Assembly: GCA_964588685.1 (NCBI GenBank)
Contig: CAZPQG010000002.1
Span: forward strand, 35,481 to 99,480
Direction of reading: 5' to 3'
From: an uncultured Pseudomonadales bacterium
Lineage (GTDB): Bacteria > Patescibacteriota > Microgenomatia > UBA1400 > PJMF01
DNA length: 64,000 nucleotides
Shown here piece by piece: positions 50,909 to 59,725 of the stretch (position 1 is its first letter; every line of letters starts with the position of its first letter). Under the pieces are notes generated by a model. That model was not told where the DNA came from. It searched no databases and saw only the letters and a list, made by a program, of their open reading frames with translations. A program made the position numbers and the translations under genes.

Positions 50909-51589
50909 ATGATCGTCATTCACGGGGATAATATTATTAAATCTAAAAATAAACTGCTTGAAATCATTAATCAAGCTAAAGAAAATAATATTTTAGTAGA
51001 GCGCTTATCAGCTCAGGATTTAACCCTACCTTTGTTAGAAAGCAAGCTGCAAAAAACTGACTTATTTGGCCATAACAGAATGATCGTGATTGAAGAACTA
51101 CACAGCCAGCGGCGCTCTAAGAAAAGAACAGCCCTCATGGAAAAAATTACTGCTTCAGATGTCAAAATTTGCTTGTGGGAAAAACGCGAGCTTACTGCTA
51201 ATATGCTTAAAAAAATAGGCCAAGCAGAAGTGCATAAATATAAGTTGGCCAACTCATTGTTTACTTGGCTTGATTCTCTGTCACCAAAAAAAAATACTAA
51301 AGCTAAACAAATTAAACTCTTACGCCAAGCAGTAGTAGAAAATGATGAGTATATGTGTTTTGCGATGCTGATGAGGCAAGTGAGAATGTTAATTCAAGCA
51401 ACCGGCGGCGGCAAAATTAAAGCTCCTTATTTTGTTATCAGAAAAATTAATTCTCAAGCAAAAAAATTTACTTTAAAAGAACTGCTTAGTCTTCATCAGC
51501 AGCTTTACGAGCTAGATAACAAAATCAAAACTTCAGCCAATCATCAACCTTTAACAGAAGCTATTGAATTAATTATAGTCAATCTTTAA
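50909..51589 (+). CDS. holA: Short DNA polymerase III delta subunit-like protein
   Basis: N-terminal ...IHGDN...LLE.I pattern and C-terminal L..L.ELD.KIKT pattern reminiscent of HolA. Only 226 aa. Confidence 0.4.
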   Translation: MIVIHGDNIIKSKNKLLEIINQAKENNILVERLSAQDLTLPLLESKLQKTDLFGHNRMIVIEELHSQRRSKKRTALMEKITASDVKICLWEKRELTANMLKKIGQAEVHKYKLANSLFTWLDSLSPKKNTKAKQIKLLRQAVVENDEYMCFAMLMRQVRMLIQATGGGKIKAPYFVIRKINSQAKKFTLKELLSLHQQLYELDNKIKTSANHQPLTEAIELIIVNL

Positions 51590-51768
51590 TTTATTCTTTA
51601 ATTAATTGCTCTAGGTTTTATTTGCCTACACCCAAAGAATCAAATCACATTAAACACAATTTACCTCTAAAATAGAGGCTTTTTAAAGCTCATGCTCTGA
51701 GTGTGGTATCGAATAAATTTTATTTTGCTTATTTACAGCTTTTAAAAAAATATGATAAAGTATGAAAA

Positions 51769-52569
51769 ATGAGCAAACAACGAATTACCATCACCTTGTC
51801 TCAATCAACATTAAATAAAATTGATCAATTAATTGATAAAAAACAAGTACGAAGCCGATCTCATGCCATTGAAACTATTTTGCAAAAACAACTAAAACCC
51901 GCGGTTGACACAGCTGTAATTTTAGCCGGCGGTAAAAGTGAAAATGCCGAGACTATTAAACCTTTAATTGAGTATCAAAATCAGCCTTTAATTTTTCACA
52001 TTATTGATCATCTCTTAACTCAGCAGGTATCTAAAATTATTATTCTTGCGCATTCTCAAGCTCAAGGAATTAAAACAAAAATTCAGCAAAGACATCCCAA
52101 CCTTAACGTTAAATATATTTTTGAAGACAAGCCGCTTGGCACTGCCGGCGCTTTAAAAAATGCGCAGCGCTGGCTAAAAAGCAATTTTTTTTGTTTGCAT
52201 GGCGATATTTACACTGATATTAATTTGCAAGAACTAGCCATCTTTCATGAACAGCAAAATAGTTTAGCTACCATTGCTGTTAAACCAAGAATGTCGCATC
52301 ATTCATTTGACAATATCTCGGTGCAGGGCAGTCAAATTACCGCTTTTGAACCAAAAAATAAAGAGCCTCAGCCCAGTTTAGTTAACAGCGGCGTTTATCT
52401 TTTTAGCCCTAAAATTTTTAATTATATGCCTGATAAAACCCCTGCTATGTTAGAGAAAGACGTCTTTCCTCAATTGGTGAATTCAAACCAACTGCATGCT
52501 TTTACTTTTGAAGGTATTTGGTTGGATATTACTACAGAACAACAATATCAGCAGGATTTGCATAATTAG
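51769..52569 (+). CDS. Sugar-phosphate nucleotidyltransferase with an N-terminal ribbon-helix-helix (CopG-like) domain
   Basis: Residues 1-45 (KQRITITLSQSTLNKIDQLIDKKQVRSRSHAIETIL) fit RHH. The remainder is an NTP_transferase fold (AVILAGGKS..., GTAGAL). Confidence 0.65.
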   Translation: MSKQRITITLSQSTLNKIDQLIDKKQVRSRSHAIETILQKQLKPAVDTAVILAGGKSENAETIKPLIEYQNQPLIFHIIDHLLTQQVSKIIILAHSQAQGIKTKIQQRHPNLNVKYIFEDKPLGTAGALKNAQRWLKSNFFCLHGDIYTDINLQELAIFHEQQNSLATIAVKPRMSHHSFDNISVQGSQITAFEPKNKEPQPSLVNSGVYLFSPKIFNYMPDKTPAMLEKDVFPQLVNSNQLHAFTFEGIWLDITTEQQYQQDLHN

Positions 52570-52607
52570 TTGACACTTAAAATTTATTAATAATTAATAA
52601 AAACAAA

Positions 52608-53978
52608 ATGACAAAACCAAATCTTGACTTTTTTAAAGCCTACGACATCCGCGGCGCTTATCCGGATCAAGTCAACGAAGATTTAGCTTATAAGCTCGGT
52701 AGAGGCTACGCCACTCTCTTGCAGCAAGAAATTCCTGATAAAAAACTGTCAATTGTTGTTTCGCGTGATATGAGACCTTCTTCTAAAAAATTACACAAAC
52801 ATCTTATTAAAGGCTTGACTGCAGGCGGGGTTAATGTGGTGGATATTGGTTTAAATACCACGCCCACTTTTTATTTTGGAGTCGCTTACTACGGCCATGA
52901 CGGCGGCATTCAAATTACCGCTTCACACAATCCTAGTGAATACAACGGTTTTAAATTAGTGAGAGCAAAGGCTCGACCAATTGGAAAAGGCACGGGTATG
53001 AATAAAGTTAAAAAAATAGTGGCTGCTGAAGACTTTTTAGAACCAGAAACACCAGGCTCGGTAACTGAATTTAATCAAGTATTACAGGATCAAGTTAAAG
53101 AAACACTGAAACAAGTTGATTTAAATGCTATTAAACCCTTAAAAGTAGTGGTAGATGCAGCCAATTCAGTTGGGGCTTTAGATATAAAAGCTATTTTCCC
53201 GCACCTTCCTTGCAAATTAATTCCGCTTTATTTTGAACTGGACGGCACCTTCCCTCATCATGAGGCTGACCCTCTCAAGCCTGAAAATTTAATAGATATT
53301 AAACAAGCAGTTAAAGAACATGAGGCTGATTTGGGAATTGCTTTAGATGGAGATGGAGACCGTATGTTTTTTATTGATGAAACAGGGGAGGAAGTGCCTC
53401 AGCCTATTTTACGCGGTATTATGGCTCAATTGGCTTTGCAAGATAATCCGGGGGCTACAGTTTGTTACGACATCAGACCGGGCAAAATAACGCGAGACAT
53501 GATTGATGAGGTCGGAGGCAAAGCAGTAGTAACCAGGGTAGGGCATTCATTAATTAAAGCCAGAATGGAAGAAGTAGATGCTGTGTTCGGCGGCGAATCT
53601 TCCGGTCACTATTTTTATAAATTTGACTACGGCACCTATGACATGCCTCTAATTCTGTTAGTTAAATTTTTAGAATTCATCAGTCAACAAAATAAACCAG
53701 TCTCAAAAATTATTGAACCTTATAAAAAATATTCTCATTCCGGCGAGATTAACTCTGTCGTTGAGGACAAAGATGCTGTTATTCAACGTTTGGCGGAAAA
53801 ATATGCAGATGCAGAAATTTCCCGCCTTGACGGGATAACCATTACTTATCCGAATTTTTGGTTTAATGTTAGACCTTCTAACACTGAACCTAAACTTAGA
53901 TTAAATTTGGAAGCTGTGAACCGGGAAGTAATGGAGAAGAAAAAAGACGAGGTATTAGCTATTATTAGGCAAGAATAG
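52608..53978 (+). CDS. Phosphomannomutase/phosphoglucomutase
   Basis: Active-site TASHNPSEYNGFK, Mg loop DGDGDR, sugar-binding GGESSGH. Confidence 0.85.
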   Translation: MTKPNLDFFKAYDIRGAYPDQVNEDLAYKLGRGYATLLQQEIPDKKLSIVVSRDMRPSSKKLHKHLIKGLTAGGVNVVDIGLNTTPTFYFGVAYYGHDGGIQITASHNPSEYNGFKLVRAKARPIGKGTGMNKVKKIVAAEDFLEPETPGSVTEFNQVLQDQVKETLKQVDLNAIKPLKVVVDAANSVGALDIKAIFPHLPCKLIPLYFELDGTFPHHEADPLKPENLIDIKQAVKEHEADLGIALDGDGDRMFFIDETGEEVPQPILRGIMAQLALQDNPGATVCYDIRPGKITRDMIDEVGGKAVVTRVGHSLIKARMEEVDAVFGGESSGHYFYKFDYGTYDMPLILLVKFLEFISQQNKPVSKIIEPYKKYSHSGEINSVVEDKDAVIQRLAEKYADAEISRLDGITITYPNFWFNVRPSNTEPKLRLNLEAVNREVMEKKKDEVLAIIRQE

Positions 53979-54025
53979 CTAATAAATTTATTCCGGACCG
54001 GTAAATTAGTTAAAATTAAAGCAGC

Positions 54026-54538
54026 ATGAGTCAAATCCATCAGTATTACCAAAAAAATTATTTATTTTGTCCTCGCTGTCAAACTAAGTTCCCTGACACT
54101 GAAGAGCCGCTGCATTGCAGCAACTGTGATTTTAAAATTTATGCCAACCCGGCTCCCAGCACAGCTATCTTAGTGATTGAAGATAATAAAATACTGCTAG
54201 CTAAACGAAAATTTGAGCCTAAAAAAAATTGTTGGGATACACCGGGCGGATTCTTGAATGTTGATGAAAGTGTTGAACAATGCGCGAGGCGTGAAATGAA
54301 AGAGGAAACTGGCCTGAAAATAAAAATTGCTGCTTATATCGGCTCTGCTCCGGATTATTATCAACAAGTACCGATTCTCACCATTGGTTTACAAGCAGAA
54401 ATAGTGTCAGGAAAAATGAAAGCTCAAGATGATGTGGCCAGCTTACATTGGTTTGAACTTGGTCAAACTCCAAAAAACATTGGCTTTGAGTCTGTCGCCG
54501 CACTTTTGAAGAAGATAAAATCAAAATATAAATTATAA
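54026..54538 (+). CDS. NUDIX hydrolase with N-terminal C4 zinc ribbon (NudC-like core)
   Basis: CPRC...CSNC zinc ribbon, then Nudix box GGFLNVDESVEQCARREMKEETGL. Confidence 0.7.
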   Translation: MSQIHQYYQKNYLFCPRCQTKFPDTEEPLHCSNCDFKIYANPAPSTAILVIEDNKILLAKRKFEPKKNCWDTPGGFLNVDESVEQCARREMKEETGLKIKIAAYIGSAPDYYQQVPILTIGLQAEIVSGKMKAQDDVASLHWFELGQTPKNIGFESVAALLKKIKSKYKL

Positions 54539-54556
54539 ACTAAGAATTCATTAATT

Positions 54557-55651
54557 ATGAAAAAAAATAAAAAAGAATTTGATGCAAAAAATATAGATTC
54601 ATTGGAAAAAATCAAAAAAATTGACAAGGAAAATGTGCTTGGCTCAATCGAGGCTTTACCTGACCAAATACGCCAGGCCTGGCAAGAAACCAAGCAACTT
54701 GATTTTGACCTCAACCAATCCATTCATAATATTACCGTAGCTGGAATGGGAGGCTCCGGTTTGGGAGCTGATGTTGTTAAGCACGCCTTTAAAAATGAAC
54801 TTGAAGTGCCCTTAAACATTGTCAACAGCTACTTACTACCCGGCTATATTAAATCTGATTCTTTGGTAATTTTATCCAGCTACTCAGGTAATACTGAAGA
54901 AGTACTAAGCTGTGCAGAGCAAGCGCAAGAGAAAAAAGCACAAATATTAGTTATTACCCAAGGTGGAAAGCTGGCTAAAATTGCTCAGCAAAATAACTAT
55001 CCAACTTATATGATCAAGCCGGACCACAATCCCTCTGACCAACCAAGAATGGCTATTGGCTATGCCATTGTTGGTTTAATGGGTTTGCTGCACCAAGCTG
55101 AATGCATTCAAATTAAAGATACTGAAATCGAACAAATAGTAGAGACAGTTTTAACCAACATGCATCAGTGTTCTGTGGATAGGAAAAGCGACAACAACCC
55201 GGCCAAAACATTGAGCTACACTTTAATTGACCGACGGCCCAATATTGCCACTGCTCAATTTTTAAACGGAGCCGGACATGTAGCCTCAAACCAATTCAAT
55301 GAAAATGCTAAAACCTTTGCCAACTACTATCAGATACCGGAAATTAACCACCATTTGCTTGAAGCTTTACAATTTCCGGCCAGCAACAAATTAGATAACT
55401 TTTTCTTATTTTTTAATTCTGACTTATATCATGAAAAAAACAAGCAAAGAATGAAGCTGACGCAAAAAGCAGTAGAGAAGCAGGGCATGGAGTCGCTCAT
55501 GATTAACCTTAAAAGTGATTCTAAGTTGGATCAAATCTTTGAATTAATTACCCTTATGGCTTATGCCAACTTTTATTTGTCGATTTTACAGCAAATTAAT
55601 CCCAGCAAAATTCCAATGGTAGATTGGTTTAAAGAACAATTGTCTAACTAA
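54557..55651 (+). CDS. Bifunctional phosphoglucose/phosphomannose isomerase (archaeal-type, SIS domain)
   Basis: SIS motif VAGMGGSGLGADV; ~360 aa, the size and pattern of the PGI/PMI family. Confidence 0.7.
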   Translation: MKKNKKEFDAKNIDSLEKIKKIDKENVLGSIEALPDQIRQAWQETKQLDFDLNQSIHNITVAGMGGSGLGADVVKHAFKNELEVPLNIVNSYLLPGYIKSDSLVILSSYSGNTEEVLSCAEQAQEKKAQILVITQGGKLAKIAQQNNYPTYMIKPDHNPSDQPRMAIGYAIVGLMGLLHQAECIQIKDTEIEQIVETVLTNMHQCSVDRKSDNNPAKTLSYTLIDRRPNIATAQFLNGAGHVASNQFNENAKTFANYYQIPEINHHLLEALQFPASNKLDNFFLFFNSDLYHEKNKQRMKLTQKAVEKQGMESLMINLKSDSKLDQIFELITLMAYANFYLSILQQINPSKIPMVDWFKEQLSN

Positions 55652-55973
55652 TTTTTTTTAAAGTCATAGTCAAAAAAATATACTCAAAAAAAAATTAGTC
55701 TGGGCAAACTATGGCAACTAATAGCAATTGATGATTGTCAATCTTTGTCAACTGTTATCAATAATTGTGGTTTAGAGTATAAAATTACTATTAACTTTAA
55801 TTTAAGAATTAGCTGCCAGTCAGCTAGTATCTCATTCAACCTCTGAACTTTTGGAGCTTAACTTTTATCATCTCTAATTTTAAAATATGATAGTATTGAT
55901 ATTGATATCAATTTAAGCAATCAATTGAAAGTATTATAAATATTTTAAGCATCTAATAAGCTTAATTTTTAAC

Positions 55974-58142
55974 ATGCCCGTAGTTAATCCTGCTCATCAA
56001 TTTTTACAATTTCCTAAAACTGAAGTCGGTACATACGCTCTGGATTTAGCTCGATTAGCAGCCAATAAGATTCCTCTCCCACCCACTTACTGCATCCCCA
56101 TCAGTACTTTAAAAAAAATAGGTCAAGCTAATAATCTGCAAACTAAATTTAATAAAATTGCTAACAGCACCGATCTTCAATCTCAAGAAGAACTGGAGCA
56201 AACTGTGGCCAAGATACAAAATTTAATTAGACAACAAGTTTATCCGCATCAAATTTCTAAAAAACTTTTACAATTCTATGCTAAAAAATTAGATAAAGAT
56301 TATATTCGGCTTACAGCCAGCCCGGTAGACGGTAAAAAAATAGATTTTAAACGCGAAGATAATATTAAAGGTGAGGCCAATATGATGGAATCTATTTTAA
56401 ATGTGTGGGCGCTCAACATTGATCTCACTGATATCCAGGACAACAATTTATTTCCGGTCGCCATTGTTATGCAGGCACAAACCCAGCCCATTAGTTCAGG
56501 CCTAGCTTATAGCATGAATATTAATAATGGAGATAAATCTAAAATTACAATCTCTTCAGTGTTTGGAGTATACGCTATTCCGGAATCAGAGCAAGCCCAT
56601 GACACTTATATTATTGATCAGCGCAGCTGGCAAATTTCCCAACAGACTAAAGCAGAAAGCAAACAATTTTTTAAACGGCAGCCTGATCAATTAACAATTC
56701 AACAAAAGCCTAAACTTGGTAACCAATTTAGTTTAAGCACTGACAAAGCTATTGAACTAGCGCATTTAGTTAAAAAAATTAAGTTAACTAGAACAGAGCA
56801 AATTAAAATACATTGGGAACTGCAGAACGATCAGCTACTAATTACAAAAATTAAACCCTATCATTACTCCTCAGCTCACGCTTTTGATCAAGAAAAATAT
56901 ACTACTTTAGTGATAGGGCATGGTGTTACCTCAGGTTTTGTTTCAGGCAGATGCTTTTTAATTGAACAAGCACAAGATGTAAAAGCAATTAAACCGGGCA
57001 TGATAGCAGTAGTTAAAGAATTAACCAGAGAGCATCAAAAGCTTTTGCAAGTCTGCAGTGCCATTATCTGTGAAACAACTATTAAAGATCAATTAATCTT
57101 AAACAAAATTCGAGACTATTCTTTGCCGGTCATTATCTCAGCCCAGCACGCCTTAAAACAACTGCGTAATGAGCAACTGGTGACAGTTGATGCCGCTGCC
57201 GGCAAAGTCTACCAAGTTAAATCAGAGCAAAAAATCGACCAAAAATTAACTGTCAGCAGTAAAACAAAGCTATATTTGGCTGTGAATAATTTTGACGAGA
57301 TATCAGAAAAAATGGCCTTAATTTCAAACGGCATTGGTTTACTGCGCAGCGAACATCTTTTTATCAAAACTGGCTTACACCCACAGCAAATTCTTAAAAC
57401 TAGAGCTAATCAATTTCAAAAAAAGACTGTCAATGATTTGCTCAGATTTTATCATCGCTTTATTAATTTAAAACAACAAGAGCCACTCATAATTTACCGC
57501 TCTAACAATTTAAATGCCAACCAGTTAGCTCAACTGGAAAGCGGTCATATTTATGAAAATATTGAAAATAATCCTTATTTAGGCTTTAGAGGAGGCATCA
57601 GGTATCTCAATCAAAATGATTGGTTTAAGTTTGAACTAAAACTGTTAACAAAAATCAATCAAAAGATTGATAAACCAGTTAATTTACAATTGCCTTTTGT
57701 TCGCTCTGCTTTTGAGCTCAACCAATTATTCCAACAAATTAACAATCAAATTGAAGCACCGGTTTTACAGCCCCCAATTTGGCTGGAAATTGACACCCCT
57801 GAAAATCTGCTGAATGTTGAAGAATATCTCCAAATTCCACTGGCCGGAATTAGTATTAATATTAAAAACATACACGCTTTATTAAATGGGATTGATCCCG
57901 GATTTACCGATATTTATAATCAATATACCCTTAATCATCAGTTGCTTATTCCGGCTCTTAAAAACCTTATTGCCAAAACAAAAGAAATTCATCAAAAAAT
58001 TAAAATTCATTTAATTTTACCTGATTTTTCTGAAAAACTGCTGCAAGAAGCTAAAGATTTAGGAATAGAAGGCGTGATTGTTCGACCCGAAGTTTCAGTA
58101 CAAACTAAAAAATACTTAATAGAACACGAAACAACTTTATAA
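55974..58142 (+). CDS. PEP synthase/PPDK-family three-domain protein apparently lacking the catalytic His and the C-domain Cys (probable pseudoenzyme)
   Basis: PPDK_N-like N-terminus; mobile-domain alignment G.G.TSGFVSG...PGMIAVV...AIICETTIKDQLILNKIRDYSLPVIIS where the consensus has [21 protein letters not shown]; C-domain GIGLLRSEHLF, NPYLGFRGGIRY, LPFVRS retained. Confidence 0.6.
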   Translation: MPVVNPAHQFLQFPKTEVGTYALDLARLAANKIPLPPTYCIPISTLKKIGQANNLQTKFNKIANSTDLQSQEELEQTVAKIQNLIRQQVYPHQISKKLLQFYAKKLDKDYIRLTASPVDGKKIDFKREDNIKGEANMMESILNVWALNIDLTDIQDNNLFPVAIVMQAQTQPISSGLAYSMNINNGDKSKITISSVFGVYAIPESEQAHDTYIIDQRSWQISQQTKAESKQFFKRQPDQLTIQQKPKLGNQFSLSTDKAIELAHLVKKIKLTRTEQIKIHWELQNDQLLITKIKPYHYSSAHAFDQEKYTTLVIGHGVTSGFVSGRCFLIEQAQDVKAIKPGMIAVVKELTREHQKLLQVCSAIICETTIKDQLILNKIRDYSLPVIISAQHALKQLRNEQLVTVDAAAGKVYQVKSEQKIDQKLTVSSKTKLYLAVNNFDEISEKMALISNGIGLLRSEHLFIKTGLHPQQILKTRANQFQKKTVNDLLRFYHRFINLKQQEPLIIYRSNNLNANQLAQLESGHIYENIENNPYLGFRGGIRYLNQNDWFKFELKLLTKINQKIDKPVNLQLPFVRSAFELNQLFQQINNQIEAPVLQPPIWLEIDTPENLLNVEEYLQIPLAGISINIKNIHALLNGIDPGFTDIYNQYTLNHQLLIPALKNLIAKTKEIHQKIKIHLILPDFSEKLLQEAKDLGIEGVIVRPEVSVQTKKYLIEHETTL

Positions 58143-58160
58143 TTATTTATTAATAAATTC

Positions 58161-59423
58161 ATGTCAAAAATAGCTGCCATTAAGGCTAGAGAGATTTTAG
58201 ACAGCCAAGGACTACCTACCCTGCAGATTTTTTTGTGGATTGAAGACGGCAGATCAGTGGCAACCACAGTCCCCAATGAATGGAGTTACGACAACCCGCA
58301 GGCAGCAGTAAGTCGGGATAATGACAACCAGGAATTTAATGGCTTAGGAGTAAAGCAGGCAGTAACAACGATAAACGAAACTATTGCTCCTCAACTGTTA
58401 AATCTCTCTTGTATTCAGCAAGGGGCAATTGATCAAAGTTTACTGGAAATTGACGGCACCGGCAATAAATCTAAGCTGGGAGCAAATACCACTTTGGGCT
58501 TATCAATGGCAGTCTTGAAAGCCGGAGCATTAAGCACCAATTTACCTCTGTACAGCTATATTAGTCAAAAATACCAGTTAACTGATTATTTATCGATTCC
58601 CAATTGTGTTTATTCTCTCATCAATGGCGGCGAGTTCGGCAACGGTAATCTTGATTTTTTAGAATTTGAAATAATTCCAGCCAGCCATGTTTCCTTTCAT
58701 CAATCAATCACCATTGCTTCCACTTTAAAACAAAAAATTAGGGAAGTGATTGACACTAAAGGCGGCTCTGTCTGCATTGGCTCACAAGGTGGATATTTAC
58801 CCAGAATGAATAGCAACAGTGATGTTTTTGAGCTGCTGCTTGAAGCAATTAAAGTTTCTAATTACACTTTTGCTCAAGATGTATTCTTTGGCTTAAACGC
58901 CAATGCCGATGATTTAATCATTGACAACGGCTATCGTCTGCGTGACAAGCCTGATAAGTATAGTGCGGATGATCTTTTAAAGTTGTATTCTCAACTGCGC
59001 GAAAAATATAAAACTATTTATTTAGAAGATCCTTTTGACAGCGGAGATGAAAAGTCATGGCAAAAAATTACCAACCAACTAGGCACCACTACCAACATTG
59101 TGGGAGATGGATTAATTAGAGGCGATAAAGATAAACTGTCTACTGCCATTAAAAAGAATACCTGTAATTCTTTTTGTATTAAAACACTAGATTTTGGGAC
59201 CATTAGCGAAACTATATTTGCTATTAACTTAATAAAAGAAGCAGAGTTGTCATGTATTATTGCTGATCATTCCGGAGAAACTAACGATACTCTGACTGTA
59301 GATTTAGCAGTGGGAGTAGGCGCTGATTATGTTAAGTTCGGCCCTCCGAACAGAGGTGAAAAAATTGTTAAATACAATCGTTTAATAGAAATTAATGAAG
59401 AACTAGGGGCAGCCAATTCCTAA
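58161..59423 (+). CDS. Enolase-superfamily protein (enolase-like) with substitutions at several canonical catalytic/metal residues
   Basis: Aligns end to end with enolase (ILDSQGLPT, SIPN..INGGE, GGYLPR, IKT, SGETND, KYNRLIEI). However, GDEGG becomes GSQGG, MDCAASE becomes NANADD, and SHRSGE becomes ADHSGE. Confidence 0.7.
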   Translation: MSKIAAIKAREILDSQGLPTLQIFLWIEDGRSVATTVPNEWSYDNPQAAVSRDNDNQEFNGLGVKQAVTTINETIAPQLLNLSCIQQGAIDQSLLEIDGTGNKSKLGANTTLGLSMAVLKAGALSTNLPLYSYISQKYQLTDYLSIPNCVYSLINGGEFGNGNLDFLEFEIIPASHVSFHQSITIASTLKQKIREVIDTKGGSVCIGSQGGYLPRMNSNSDVFELLLEAIKVSNYTFAQDVFFGLNANADDLIIDNGYRLRDKPDKYSADDLLKLYSQLREKYKTIYLEDPFDSGDEKSWQKITNQLGTTTNIVGDGLIRGDKDKLSTAIKKNTCNSFCIKTLDFGTISETIFAINLIKEAELSCIIADHSGETNDTLTVDLAVGVGADYVKFGPPNRGEKIVKYNRLIEINEELGAANS

Positions 59424-59725
59424 TTACGACTTCTTTTTAATTTTATTTTACTACCGTTTTTAGTACCGTAAAATTCTGTAGCCTTTCTATTTTTTTTATT
59501 ATCTCACTCCCAAATAAAAGAAGAAACTTAATTTATTTATTTTGATGCTTTTAGATGCATTAATATGTACTTGCCTATTCGCTATCTGTTCGGTTATTCT
59601 TAAATTAATTCGGGTTTTTATATAAAAAGTTTCACTTAAACCCGAAACAGCACAACTATTGATTTAATCAAAAAATTAAATTATTGAATATTTATTAAAA
59701 AATTAAACTATAAAAGGAGGCTTTC

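Noticed and set aside
59586-59650. Canonical E. coli-type (CTGT-N8-ACAG) or Cheo-box (GAAC-N4-GTTC) LexA operator upstream of lexA
   Set aside because: Half-sites present (CTGT, GTTC, ACAG) but not at the required spacing. Reported instead as a palindrome of unknown type.
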